Below, one piece after another: positions 1 through 9,712 of a stretch of DNA of 64,000 bases; the stretch's first letter is position 1, and each line of letters opens with the position of its first letter. A model generated the notes under the pieces. The model was given only the letters and a program-made list of their open reading frames with translations, did not search any database and was not told the origin of the DNA. This DNA is from Nitrospirota bacterium (GTDB lineage: Bacteria > Nitrospirota > JACRHJ01): positions 23,280 through 87,279 of the forward strand of contig JAJYHX010000001.1 of assembly GCA_021784575.1 (NCBI GenBank), written 5' to 3'. The position numbers and the translations under genes were made by a program.

Positions 1-708
1 CAGGCGGAAATTCCCGCCGATTATTTTGTGAAAGTATTTCGGGCTGCTCCCGTGCGCGCGCAGCATGGCCAGTTTTTCCTTTAAGTCGTCCCTGCTCGTT
101 ACGACCATCCCGCCGTCCCCGAGCGCGCCAAGGTTCTTGCTTGGAAAAAACGAAAAACACCCTGCGTCTCCGACGCTTCCGGCCGGCCGGTCTTTGCCGT
201 CCCTCGCTCCTATGGCCTGGGCGGCGTCCTCGACTACCGCCGCGCCGAGCTCGCCGGCTATATCCATAACCGCGTCCATGTCGCAGCATTGGCCGTAGAG
301 ATGCACCGGTATAATAGCCTTGAGCCTTCCCTTCGGTATCTTTTTCGCCGCGCCGGCTATTTTATCCGTGTCTATGTTATACGTCCTGGGGTCTATATCC
401 GCGAACACCGGGGTTGCGCCGAGCCTTGCGACCGCGCCCGCCGTGGCAAAAAAGGTATAAGGAGTCGTGATGACATAATCTCCCTTCCCGACGTCAAGCG
501 CCATAAGCGATACGAGGAGCGCGTCTGAGCCGGAGGACACCCCTATTCCCCATTTCGCCTCCGAATAGCGGGCCACCTGCTCCTCAAGCTCCGCCACTTT
601 CGGCCCGAGGATAAAGCGCTGGGCCTCCAGCACCTCCATGACGGCCCCGATAATCTCCTCTCTTATCGGGCCATATTGCGCCCTTAAATCAAGCAACGGT
701 ACTTTCAA
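1..708 (-). CDS. DegT/DnrJ/EryC1/StrS-family aminotransferase (WbpE-like UDP-sugar aminotransferase); partial, C-terminus lies beyond the window edge.
   Basis: Not in the ORF track. Manual reverse-strand translation gives '[36 protein letters not shown]...SGSDAL...[12 protein letters not shown]...EDAAQAIGA...[18 protein letters not shown]'. These are classic PLP sugar-aminotransferase motifs. The TTG start at 708 (or 696) sits behind a GGAGG RBS and overlaps the upstream gene's stop. Confidence 0.85.
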   Translation of the reverse strand, partial: MKVPLLDLRAQYGPIREEIIGAVMEVLEAQRFILGPKVAELEEQVARYSEAKWGIGVSSGSDALLVSLMALDVGKGDYVITTPYTFFATAGAVARLGATPVFADIDPRTYNIDTDKIAGAAKKIPKGRLKAIIPVHLYGQCCDMDAVMDIAGELGAAVVEDAAQAIGARDGKDRPAGSVGDAGCFSFFPSKNLGALGDGGMVVTSRDDLKEKLAMLRAHGSSPKYFHKIIGGNFRL

Positions 709-2296
709 TGTCCTGCCTCCTCCCGATTTTGCCGCCCCTCTTTTCATACGGCATGCCGCATGACGGGCATGCCGCTTCGTCTCCGTTGATTTCGAGCCGC
801 GCCCCGCACTCGCACATGTATCCGGCCACCCGCGCCGGGTTCCCCACCACCAATGCGTAATCCGGCACGTCCTTTGTCACCACCGCGCCGGCGCCCACGA
901 ACGCGTGCCTGCCTATCGTATGACCGCAGACCACGGTGCAGTTGGCTCCAAGCGTCGCGCCCTCCTTTACAATTGTCGGCCTGTACTCATGGCGCCGGGA
1001 TATGCGGCTCCGCGGGTTCATTACGTTGGTAAACACCATCGACGGCCCGCAGAAAACGCCGTCCTCCAGCGTTACGCCCGTGTATACGGAGACATTGTTC
1101 TGTATCTTCACGTTGTCGCCTATCTTCACCCCTTGGGAGATTACGACGTTCTGGCCGATGTTGCAGCCGCGGCCTATTTCCGAGTCCTTCATCACGTGCG
1201 AAAAGTGCCAGATGGACGTGCCTTCGCCTATATGCGCGGGCTGGTCTATGACGGCGCTCTGATGGGCGAAAAATTTTCTTTTCGCGCCGGACAGTGATAT
1301 TTTTTCTCCATCTTCAAGAGACCTCTGGCAGGCCTGGAGCACCCTAAGCACCCGCAAGCCCTCCGCGCCGTCCGTCACGGGAGATTTCCTCTCCCTTACG
1401 CATTGCAGGAAGTGGGAGAGCTCGTTTAAAAGCGGCTCCGTCCCCGGAAGCTCGACGACCTCCGCGTCTTTTTTATCCGGCACGGGGATTTTCCCTTTCC
1501 AGATTATCTCGTGCGGATAGACAAGGAGCTTTCTGTCTTTCTGCGTGTCGTCGAATACCGCCATTTTACGGCTCCCGACCACCACGAGCTTCTGTTCTTT
1601 GAAGGGGTTCAGCCAGCTTACGAAAATGTGCGCCTTCGTGCCGGACGGGAAGCTCAAAAGCGCGCACGCGCTGTCGTGGACGCCGCTTTGCAGGAAGGCC
1701 CCGCCTCCGCAGAATACGTTCGACGGCATCTCCCCGGCCAGGCCGAGCGCAACAGAGACGTCGTGCGGCGCAAAGCTCCATAGCGCGTTCTCTTCGCCGC
1801 GGAACCTTCCCATGTTCAGGCGGTTCGAGTATATGTAATATATCTTTCCAAGCTCTCCACGGTTAATCATCTCGCGAAGCCTTGCCGTCGCGTCGTGGTA
1901 TTGCAGGAGGTGCCCGACCATCAGCACGCGGCCAAGAGCCGCCGCCATGGATACCAGAGTCTCGCCTTCCGGTTCCGAAAGACATAGCGGCTTCTCAACG
2001 AAGACGTCCTTGCCGGCCTCGAGCGCCTGCCGTATCATCGCCGCGTGGGCTACCGCAGGGGAGGCTATTGCCACGGCGGCGATTCCCTTGTCGCCCAGCA
2101 CGGCCCTGTAGTCGGTCTCCGTGCGCACTCCCACGTAAGTCTCTCTCTGCTCTTCGAGCGCTTTCTCGTCCGTGTCGCAGACGCACGAGAGCGCGCAAAG
2201 CCTGTGCAGCGTCCTGATGATGTTTCTGCCCCAGCATCCCGCGCCTATGGCCGCCACCGTCACAGGTCTCCCTGCCGCCGGATTTCTCATTTTCAT
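689..2296 (-). CDS. Bifunctional fusion of a Gfo/Idh/MocA NAD-dependent oxidoreductase (WbpB-like) and a left-handed beta-helix hexapeptide acetyltransferase (WbpD-like), with a C-terminal CxC...CxxC tail.
   Basis: N-terminal Rossmann motif '[12 protein letters not shown]'. C-terminal half has hexapeptide repeats ('[32 protein letters not shown]') and ends '[20 protein letters not shown]'. Confidence 0.75.
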   Translation of the reverse strand: MKMRNPAAGRPVTVAAIGAGCWGRNIIRTLHRLCALSCVCDTDEKALEEQRETYVGVRTETDYRAVLGDKGIAAVAIASPAVAHAAMIRQALEAGKDVFVEKPLCLSEPEGETLVSMAAALGRVLMVGHLLQYHDATARLREMINRGELGKIYYIYSNRLNMGRFRGEENALWSFAPHDVSVALGLAGEMPSNVFCGGGAFLQSGVHDSACALLSFPSGTKAHIFVSWLNPFKEQKLVVVGSRKMAVFDDTQKDRKLLVYPHEIIWKGKIPVPDKKDAEVVELPGTEPLLNELSHFLQCVRERKSPVTDGAEGLRVLRVLQACQRSLEDGEKISLSGAKRKFFAHQSAVIDQPAHIGEGTSIWHFSHVMKDSEIGRGCNIGQNVVISQGVKIGDNVKIQNNVSVYTGVTLEDGVFCGPSMVFTNVMNPRSRISRRHEYRPTIVKEGATLGANCTVVCGHTIGRHAFVGAGAVVTKDVPDYALVVGNPARVAGYMCECGARLEINGDEAACPSCGMPYEKRGGKIGRRQDIESTVA

Positions 2297-2302
2297 GCCT
2301 CC

Positions 2303-3670
2303 CTATGCCTTGAATACTTTCTTTTTGGTGTCCCTTACCGCCGCCATGGCGTTCCTGGTGTCTATTATCATGTTCGAGTTCTCGTATATGAATTCGTAGT
2401 CGAAGTCGTTGTGATCTGTAAGTATCAACACCGCGTCGTACCTGGAGAGGTTCCTTTCGTTCAAAACGACGGAGGTCATGTCGAGCCTGTATTTCCTGAG
2501 CTTCGGTATCTTCGGGACGTACGGGTCGGAGTAATCCACCTTCGCTTCCCTGGCCATCAGGAGTTCGACAACCTTCAGCGCCGGGGACTCGCGCATGTCG
2601 TCCACGTTCTTTTTGTACGCCACCCCCAGAACCAGCACCTTTGCGCCTTTCAGCGCCTTGCCCTGGCGGTTTAAAGCCTGTGCGGTCTTCTCTATAACGT
2701 AGTAGGGCATGTAGGTTATTATCTCGCCCGCAAGCTCGATGAAGCGGGTATGGAAGTCGTACTTGCGGGCCTTCCACGTGAGGTAGAACGGGTCAATGGG
2801 GATGCAGTGCCCGCCAAGGCCCGGCCCCGGATAAAACGGCATGTAGCCGAAGGGTTTCGTGGAGGCGGCGGATATTACCTCCCAGACGTCGATGTCCATC
2901 CTGTCGAAGAGCACCTTCAGTTCGTTTACCAGCGCAATGTTTACGCTCCGGAATATGTTCTCAAGCAGTTTCGTCGCCTCGGCCACGCGGGTCGAGGATA
3001 CGGGGACGGTTCTCTTGATGATGCTTCCGTAGAGGGCGTTCGCGGCCTTCAGGCACCTGCCGGTATATCCGCCGACGACCTTGGGTATGGTGGAGGTATT
3101 GAAGCTCCCGTTATTGGGGTCCTCGCGCTCCGGGGAAAACGCCAGGAAAAAGTCCCGGCCCGCATAAAGCCCCGTCTTTTCAAGGACGGCGCGCATCTCC
3201 TCGTCCGTTGTGCCGGGATACGTGGTGGATTCGAGTATCACGAGCTGTCCCTCTCTTAGTGTCCGTGCCGCCGCCTCGGCGGAGTTCAGGACGTATGAGA
3301 GGTCCGGTTCCCTGTATTCGTTCAACGGCGTGGGGACACAGATGATAACGCAGTCCACCTCGCCGAGCCTTTCAAAATCTGCGGTTGCGGAAAACCTTCC
3401 TGAGGCGGCAATACCGGCGACGGAGGCGTCGGAGATATGTTTTATGTAGCTTTTCCCGGCCGCGAGGCGGTCTATTTTTTCCATGTCGTTGTCAAAACCC
3501 ATTACCGGGAACCCCGCCCCGGCAAAGGCCTGGACAAGCGGCAGGCCGACGTATCCCAGACCGATTACACCCACCTTTGCGCGGCGTGTCTCGATTTTTT
3601 CAAGCAGGGTCTCGAAAATATCCGCCGTTTTAAGCTTCCCGCTCTCGTTATTTTCTGTAAGAGTTTCCAT
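2303..3670 (-). CDS. UDP-N-acetyl-D-glucosamine/UDP-sugar 6-dehydrogenase (nucleotide-sugar dehydrogenase family, WbpA/WecC-like).
   Basis: 'KVGVIGLGYVGLPLVQAFAGAGF' Rossmann motif and catalytic 'GGHCIPIDP'. The start was moved to METLTENN (ATG at 3670), because the 76-aa N-terminal extension in the ORF track has no counterpart in this enzyme family. Confidence 0.85.
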   Translation of the reverse strand: METLTENNESGKLKTADIFETLLEKIETRRAKVGVIGLGYVGLPLVQAFAGAGFPVMGFDNDMEKIDRLAAGKSYIKHISDASVAGIAASGRFSATADFERLGEVDCVIICVPTPLNEYREPDLSYVLNSAEAAARTLREGQLVILESTTYPGTTDEEMRAVLEKTGLYAGRDFFLAFSPEREDPNNGSFNTSTIPKVVGGYTGRCLKAANALYGSIIKRTVPVSSTRVAEATKLLENIFRSVNIALVNELKVLFDRMDIDVWEVISAASTKPFGYMPFYPGPGLGGHCIPIDPFYLTWKARKYDFHTRFIELAGEIITYMPYYVIEKTAQALNRQGKALKGAKVLVLGVAYKKNVDDMRESPALKVVELLMAREAKVDYSDPYVPKIPKLRKYRLDMTSVVLNERNLSRYDAVLILTDHNDFDYEFIYENSNMIIDTRNAMAAVRDTKKKVFKA

Positions 3671-3943
3671 TTTGACCCCCAAGGTAAATTTAAATCGTTT
3701 TCCCGGGCCGAGCCTCTCTTTTTTCCCGACAAGCGCAATCCTCGAAAGACAAGGAGCCGGAGGGACAGGGCCATGAGCATAGGCGTCAGACATGGGACGG
3801 TGTCGGGCACCCGGTACAAATTGCCTTCCCCTCCAGCTTCTCCTCTCCGTCCGCGGTAAAGACGATTTCCTGCCCGCCCCGCGAACGGATTTTTTCAAGC
3901 AGGCCTCCGCGCATGTTTTTGACCGCCTCTCCCTGCCGCCGCG

Positions 3944-4903
3944 TCATGTTCGCAAAACCAGACGCGCCGCGTTCTCACCGGAGACGCTCCGCATGACGTC
4001 CGCCGGGAGCCTGAGCCTCTCAAGGAGCTTCCTTTGGCCAAGGAAGAAGTTGTCCGTCCCGTAAAGTATCCTTTCGGAGTGCCTTGTAATGAACTCCCGC
4101 GCAAAGGCCGGGTCTCTCGTCATGGCGCGAAAACCCGATACGCCGGATAAATCGGCATGAAGGTTTTTATATTCCTCCATCAGCCGGACGGTTATTCCTC
4201 CCGCGATAACCGTGCCGCGCGGCAGGAGGCCGTCCACGCCGCCTTCAAGGGAAATGCCCTCCCAGAAAAGCGGCCCATGCCCTATGAACTTTATGTTCGG
4301 GAACTGCTGAAGACGGCTCTCAAGCGCCGCGAAATCCGTCATGTATCCAGGAAACTGGCGGCGCATTTTTTCTTTTTTCTCCCTCATGGGCGCATAGATT
4401 TTTCCCAGGAACGAGACCGCCTTCCTGGGATAGCCGCGGTATCTCGGGGTGTTCAGCATCTTCGCCATAAGCTTCTCGAAATTATCAGCGCCTGCCGCGG
4501 CATAACGCTCGCCCGCGCTTTCCATGTGAAACACAAGCGGCATACCCAGGGCGTTTACCTTCTCCAGCAGCCGGTCGAGTTTCGGCGAATCCCAGGGGAG
4601 TTTTGTTTTCAGCTCTCCGCAGCCGCATATTCCCTTGTCCACCCATGCCATGAACCTCTCCGCCGCATCGTCCGCCTCAGGGTCAGGCGCATACATCGGG
4701 CATACCCTTTCAGGGTGTTTCCGGTATGCCTCAAACACGTCCTCCACCGGCAGGCGAAGGTATACCGGGGTTGCCGGGTTTGACTCTTCCCAGGTCAAAA
4801 GCCAGCACTTGCCGAGCCGCTCCCTGTTCAGGTAGGAAATTATACCCTCGGCGTCCAGGCCCCTGAAATTCACGTGCATGTGCGAATCGATGTCCAAGCG
4901 CAA
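3944..4903 (-). CDS. Amidohydrolase-2 family (TIM-barrel metal-dependent hydrolase).
   Basis: N-terminal 'LDIDSHMHV' (DxHxH metal motif) and overall length and architecture. Confidence 0.55.
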   Translation of the reverse strand: MRLDIDSHMHVNFRGLDAEGIISYLNRERLGKCWLLTWEESNPATPVYLRLPVEDVFEAYRKHPERVCPMYAPDPEADDAAERFMAWVDKGICGCGELKTKLPWDSPKLDRLLEKVNALGMPLVFHMESAGERYAAAGADNFEKLMAKMLNTPRYRGYPRKAVSFLGKIYAPMREKKEKMRRQFPGYMTDFAALESRLQQFPNIKFIGHGPLFWEGISLEGGVDGLLPRGTVIAGGITVRLMEEYKNLHADLSGVSGFRAMTRDPAFAREFITRHSERILYGTDNFFLGQRKLLERLRLPADVMRSVSGENAARLVLRT

Positions 4904-4998
4904 ACCTCTCCCCTTTGCGGGTAACGTATCTCCCGCCTGTGTCGCCGATATTAAGTTTAAAAACCAATGACTCTTGGCCGGGAAACGGGCCGGAAAGG

Positions 4999-7113
4999 CT
5001 AAGCGCCGGACTTTGTCCTCTTTGTGCCGATATAGTCGGAATAGTTGTAGTGATAGTAGTAATCCACGGATCGGATAGCCATATCGTTCAGGACCACGCC
5101 CAGTATTTCCGCCTTTATGGTATCCATGTTCTTTTTTATTTTATGCACGGCGTCCTTTATCGTCTTGCCGCTCCGGACGACAAGCACGACTCCGTCCGAA
5201 AGCGGCGTGAGGAGCGAGGCGTCCGCGATGCCGAGATAAGGCGGGCAGTCGATAAGCACCCTGTCGAACTGCTCCCTCAGGCCCGTCATCAGGTTGAACA
5301 TGGCCGTTGAACCCAGCATCTCTCCGGGATTTGAGTAAAGCGGCCCGGAAGGGATGAAGCTCAGGTTTGGTATCTTCGTCTTCCTCAAGACATCCGCCAG
5401 ATCCGCCTTTTTTGTAATGAGACTCGACAGGCCCCTTGTGTTCGGCACTTCAAAGGCCTTGTGCAGTCTGGGTCTGCGCATGTCGCCGTCTATGAGAAGT
5501 ATCCTCTCCCCGGCGGCGGCCATTATCGAGGCGAGGTTCACGGAGACCGTTGATTTTCCCTCTCCGTGCATCGCGCTGCATACCTGGATGACACGGGGAC
5601 TGCGGTTCTGTCTTGAGAGCAGGATGTTGCTTCTTATCGTTCTGAATGATTCCGCCATCGGGGATATCGGGTCGATCACCGCGTCGATATTCTCAGGCTT
5701 TTTGTCGTCCTGCCGGGAAGACTTCGGGACAACTCCAAGCATCGGCACGCCAAGATTTTCTTCAAGCTCCTCAGGCGACGTGTAGGTATTGTCCATGTGT
5801 TCGCTTACCAGGGCAAAACCAATCCCGGTAAACAGCCCCAGAGCTACTCCCAGCAGCATGTTAAGGACTTTTTTCGGCCTTGCCGGGATTTTGGGCGGCG
5901 TGGCGCCGTCTATCAGCTGCACGCTGCTGACGTTGATGGTGCCCATGATATTTGTTTCCTGGGCCTTCTTGAGCACCTGCCCATAGATTTCTTTTGCGCC
6001 CTCGACGTCCTGTTTTCTGAGATCGTATTCCGCAGAGCTTCTGTCGTAGCTCATCGCCTCCGATTTCTGGCGGTTGAAGGCGCCCCTGAGACTTTGCTCT
6101 TCGCGGCGGGCCTCGTCGTAGTCGTTTTTTATCCCGTCGGCCACCAGCTTCACCTCGCCGTTTATCTGTTTCTTTATCTGCTTCATCTCGTTCGCAAGGC
6201 GTATCATTACCGGATGTTTATCGCCGTATTTTTTAGATTTTTCCGCCATGTCCTTGGAGATCATGGTCTCCTGGGACTGGAGGTCCTGTATCACCTTGTT
6301 GTTTAATACGTCCGGAAGACTCATCAATCCGTCGGGCACGGACGAAAGCTTCATTACCTGCTGGTATTTTATTTCCGCCTGGTATCGTCTCGCCTCTGCG
6401 GACAGGACTTTCGCGTTGAGGTCGTTCAATGCGGCGAGGGTTACATTTGAACTGCGGTCCCCGCCTATAATCCTCTCCGAGCGCTTGAAATTCTCCAGCG
6501 AATAGGCGCTTTCGTCCATCCGCGCCTTTATCTTATCCAACTCGCCGTCCAGCCACGCCATGTAGCTCCTGGCTGGAGCCGTCCTCATGTCTATGTTCTG
6601 CTCTATGAATGCCTGCACGGTCTCGTTGGCGACCCGGGCGGCAAGTTCAGGGTTTTTCGCCTCGTAACTTACATTGACCAAGTCGCTGTTCTTCACCGTC
6701 TCCACGGTAAGACGCTTCTCGAAAGCCTTTATCGCGTTTCCCATCGACGGGACTTTGCCGGAATTTCCTTTCCACGGCAGGCCAAGGGAAAAAAAGGATT
6801 TTCCCCTACGCTCAGGCCTGTCCAGATGGAGTTTTTCAATAACCTTCCTGGCTATGACTTCGCTTTTTATTATGTTCACCTGCGTCTGGAGATATGACGC
6901 CATGTCCATCTGGTTCTCTATCTGCTGGTTCTGGATATTGAACTGCAAGTTCGGCGGCTCTATATAGACCTGGGCAGTCGCCTTGTATACCGGCGTCATT
7001 GTGAAAGTTACCGCCGCAACCGCAAGAACAAACAACGCGAAGACGGCCGCGACGGAAATCCGCCGCTTGCTCAGTATCATCAGGTAATCTCGAACGCCCA
7101 AGTCTTCCCTCAT
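4999..7113 (-). CDS. Polysaccharide co-polymerase and tyrosine autokinase (Wzc/BY-kinase-like).
   Basis: N-terminal transmembrane segment, long coiled-coil periplasmic region, Walker A 'HGEGKSTVSVNLA', 'LLIDGDMRRPRLH' and a C-terminal tyrosine cluster 'VDYYYHYNYSDYIG'. Confidence 0.85.
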   Translation of the reverse strand: MREDLGVRDYLMILSKRRISVAAVFALFVLAVAAVTFTMTPVYKATAQVYIEPPNLQFNIQNQQIENQMDMASYLQTQVNIIKSEVIARKVIEKLHLDRPERRGKSFFSLGLPWKGNSGKVPSMGNAIKAFEKRLTVETVKNSDLVNVSYEAKNPELAARVANETVQAFIEQNIDMRTAPARSYMAWLDGELDKIKARMDESAYSLENFKRSERIIGGDRSSNVTLAALNDLNAKVLSAEARRYQAEIKYQQVMKLSSVPDGLMSLPDVLNNKVIQDLQSQETMISKDMAEKSKKYGDKHPVMIRLANEMKQIKKQINGEVKLVADGIKNDYDEARREEQSLRGAFNRQKSEAMSYDRSSAEYDLRKQDVEGAKEIYGQVLKKAQETNIMGTINVSSVQLIDGATPPKIPARPKKVLNMLLGVALGLFTGIGFALVSEHMDNTYTSPEELEENLGVPMLGVVPKSSRQDDKKPENIDAVIDPISPMAESFRTIRSNILLSRQNRSPRVIQVCSAMHGEGKSTVSVNLASIMAAAGERILLIDGDMRRPRLHKAFEVPNTRGLSSLITKKADLADVLRKTKIPNLSFIPSGPLYSNPGEMLGSTAMFNLMTGLREQFDRVLIDCPPYLGIADASLLTPLSDGVVLVVRSGKTIKDAVHKIKKNMDTIKAEILGVVLNDMAIRSVDYYYHYNYSDYIGTKRTKSGA

Positions 7114-7135
7114 AATGTGTCCCCTTCCGGTTTGA

Positions 7136-8044
7136 TTAAAAGAAGCTCTCAGGCACCGATACCACGTCGTCCGGCTGTAGCTGGAAATCCATTCCGACCT
7201 TTATTTTTTTGTCTTTGCCGTCTATTTTTCTTATCAATGTCGTCCTGCCTGGGGCGGCCTTGTCGGTAAGCCCCTGTGCCATGGCTATCGCCTGAATCAC
7301 GGTGGTTCCTTCTTTAAATTTATATGCGCCGGGCATCTTTACCTCTCCTGTCACGTAAATTAGTCCGCTCTTTGTAACGAATATGTTATCGCCGTCCTTA
7401 ACGTAGAGGTTTTCGGCCATGTTCCCTTTTTCCATCAGCTCTTTCAGGTTCAGCGTAATGTATGTGCTGCCCGGGCCGGGCCCTGATGCCTTTGCTCCAT
7501 TCGCCGTCTCCGGCCCTGCAATGGGCGCGGTTTCGCCCTTTTGGCTTGCGGCGGGGAGCGCATCCGGCGCGCCGGCGTCCGTGGCGGTATTTTTTGTTTT
7601 CCTTTTTATGACTATGCGGTTTCCGGCCTTGTCTGTAAGCCCGCCCGCCTTGGAGATTATGTCGAGGACCGTCGCATTCGAGGTCAGCGTATATACCCCG
7701 GGTCTTGCTACCTCGCCCAGGATGGTAACCTGCTTGCTTTTATATTCCTTGACAAAAACGGTGACGTGCGGGTCGATAATATATCCTTGGGCAAGCTTTT
7801 GGTCTATTCTCTGTTCCGCCTCGCCGGGCGTCATTCCCGCCACTTTTATTTTGCCTATCAACGGCACGCTGATTATCCCGTTGCCGCTTATCCTGGCCGT
7901 CGTCGTAAGGTCGTCGTTTTCGTATACCGTAATTTTAAGCAGATCGCCCGGGCCCAACATGTAATCCTGGGCCATTGCATAGTTCCCGGCCGTTAGCACT
8001 CCCGCCAGGGCAGCAAAGACGAATAAGACATATATCCTCTTCAT
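7136..8044 (-). CDS. Outer-membrane polysaccharide export protein (Wza-like; Poly_export plus SLBB domains).
   Basis: Signal peptide 'MKRIYVLFVFAALAGVLTAGNYAMA', 'GPGDLLKITVYE', and the repeated SLBB-like 'GEVARPGVYTL...' / 'GEVKMPGAYKF...' segments. The start was moved to ATG at 8044, dropping a 74-aa extension. Confidence 0.8.
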   Translation of the reverse strand: MKRIYVLFVFAALAGVLTAGNYAMAQDYMLGPGDLLKITVYENDDLTTTARISGNGIISVPLIGKIKVAGMTPGEAEQRIDQKLAQGYIIDPHVTVFVKEYKSKQVTILGEVARPGVYTLTSNATVLDIISKAGGLTDKAGNRIVIKRKTKNTATDAGAPDALPAASQKGETAPIAGPETANGAKASGPGPGSTYITLNLKELMEKGNMAENLYVKDGDNIFVTKSGLIYVTGEVKMPGAYKFKEGTTVIQAIAMAQGLTDKAAPGRTTLIRKIDGKDKKIKVGMDFQLQPDDVVSVPESFF

Positions 8045-8499
8045 AATATCGCCCCTCTCTGTGATGGAAGGCCGCGTTTTCCGGCGCGCACATTGCCGCG
8101 TAACCCAGCTTTGACACAACAAGTTATTGGGAAATCCGGCCCCGAGACAGCTTTGATTTGGAGATCCGATGGGAGTGTTTTGCAGTATCAGGTTTTGGCG
8201 GCTTTGGCCAACGCCTCTCCTTTTTCTCTTCAATCCTGCTGCACCCCCGCCGTCCCGCAGGGCCATGGCATACCTCGAGTGTTCGGATAATCTGCTTTTC
8301 CGCCAAACAAAAAGAATCGTTTTTTATGGAAGACTTCTCGGTAAGAATGCGCGCTCTTGAAGTGAATTTCTATTCTGGAGAGACGTCTTGCTTCAGCCAG
8401 TATTGCAATGAACTATATTTTAATTACTTAAATATAGCACTTAAGCGGGAGTTGTCAAACTGTGCGGGGCCTTGGGTTCCTGGCAGGGCAGAGGTGCCT

Positions 8500-9159
8500 T
8501 TATTTCCTTCTCCGTTTCAGTTCCTCATAAACCTCGGAAGGAGCGACGCCGGCCTCCGCAAGGGCGATAAGCGAATGAAACCACAGGTCGGCGGTCTCGT
8601 ATACAAGCTCTTCCTTGGACCGGTTCTTGGACGCTATTACAACCTCCGCCGCCTCCTCGCCCACCTTTTTTAAAATAACATCCTTCCCTTTGGCAAAAAG
8701 GCCGCTTACATAAGAACCCTCGGCGGGGTTGGATTTCCTCTCATTGATTACAACGTAGAGCTTGTCGAGAATATCGCTTCCCGAATATACGTCCGAGGCG
8801 TCGAATTTTTTTTCGCCGACGTCTTTTGTGCCGTCCGCCTCTATCCTGGTATAAAAACAGCTCCTGTTTCCCGTATGGCAGGCTGCGGTATTCTGCTCGA
8901 CCTTGAACAGCAGACAGTCCGCGTCGCAGTCGTAATAAGCTTCTTTGACTTTCTGCGTATGTCCTGAGGTCTCGCCCTTCAGCCAGAGTTTCTGGCGAGA
9001 GCGGCTCCAGTAATGGCACAGCCCCGTCTGAAGCGTCTTCTCCAGCGAGAGCCTGTTCATAAACGCCATCATCAGGACGGCGCCGTCCTCATGGTCCTGC
9101 ACAATCGCCGGGATGAGCCCGTCCTTGTCAAATTTTAACCGCGATATGTCGAACATCAT
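8500..9159 (-). CDS. hisI: Bifunctional phosphoribosyl-AMP cyclohydrolase / phosphoribosyl-ATP pyrophosphatase.
   Basis: '[22 protein letters not shown]' PRA-CH motif, plus the C-terminal PRA-PH helix region 'LFAKG...[13 protein letters not shown]'. Confidence 0.9.
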   Translation of the reverse strand: MMFDISRLKFDKDGLIPAIVQDHEDGAVLMMAFMNRLSLEKTLQTGLCHYWSRSRQKLWLKGETSGHTQKVKEAYYDCDADCLLFKVEQNTAACHTGNRSCFYTRIEADGTKDVGEKKFDASDVYSGSDILDKLYVVINERKSNPAEGSYVSGLFAKGKDVILKKVGEEAAEVVIASKNRSKEELVYETADLWFHSLIALAEAGVAPSEVYEELKRRRK

Positions 9160-9638
9160 AATTTATATCCTATCATACGCAGGAACTCTTTTCGTTTTAT
9201 TACATCTTCCGGCCCCTCGACGCCCTTCGGCGGGAATCCGTCGATGACGCCCATTATCCCCCGGCCCAAATCCGTCTGCGCGACTATAACCTCTACCGGA
9301 TTCGCCGTCGCGCAGAAGATATTCACGACCTCGCGGCAGTTCTTTATGGCGTTCAGGACGTTCACCGGGAAGCAGTCCTTCAGCATGATGCAGAACGAGT
9401 GCCCGCAGGCGATGTTTTTCATGTTTTCCACAGCCGCGGCCTTCATGTCATCGTCCGTGCCCTCGACCCTTATCAGGCACGGCCCGGAGGCCTCCGCGAA
9501 CGCTACCCCGAACTTCGGCCCCGGCATCGCGTTCACCATTATTTCGTATAAGTCCTCCACAGTCTTTATAAAATGGCTCTGCCCGATGATTACGTTGCAG
9601 TTCTCAGGGATATTGATTTTTACGGAATGGAATTCCAT
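9156..9638 (-). CDS. Conserved 160-aa protein inserted in the his operon. Tentatively adenosine-specific-kinase-family-like (PF04008-type).
   Basis: The '[18 protein letters not shown]...[28 protein letters not shown]' pattern recalls the archaeal/bacterial adenosine-specific kinase family. This is from memory only. Confidence 0.35.
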   Translation of the reverse strand: MEFHSVKINIPENCNVIIGQSHFIKTVEDLYEIMVNAMPGPKFGVAFAEASGPCLIRVEGTDDDMKAAAVENMKNIACGHSFCIMLKDCFPVNVLNAIKNCREVVNIFCATANPVEVIVAQTDLGRGIMGVIDGFPPKGVEGPEDVIKRKEFLRMIGYKL

Positions 9639-9659
9639 ATACGCTCCTCTTTTAAGACC

Positions 9660-9692
9660 GTTACTTTATCTTTCAGGTGAAAGAAAAGTAAC
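9660..9692. repeat. Palindromic hairpin repeat (same family), between the extra his-operon gene and hisF.
   Basis: GTTACTTTATCTTTC-aggt-GAAAGAAAAGTAAC, with a one-nucleotide bulge. Confidence 0.75.
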
Positions 9693-9712
9693 CAAAAGAA
9701 AGCCAGACAAGT

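Noticed and set aside
3671-3898. N-terminal 76-aa extension of the UDP-GlcNAc dehydrogenase ORF. Similar extensions were seen on wza, hisH, hisG, hisC, dnaN, nth and the TPM protein.
   Set aside because: The extensions lack homology. Conserved protein N-termini with good RBSs are found at internal Met codons (e.g. GGGGG-N-ATG at 3670, AAAGGAG-ATG at 14562). They are open-frame artefacts of high GC.
8045-8499. c-di-GMP riboswitch or ops/JUMPstart element in the long wza leader.
   Set aside because: I could not match the consensus by eye. It is left as a check (Rfam scan) rather than a call.
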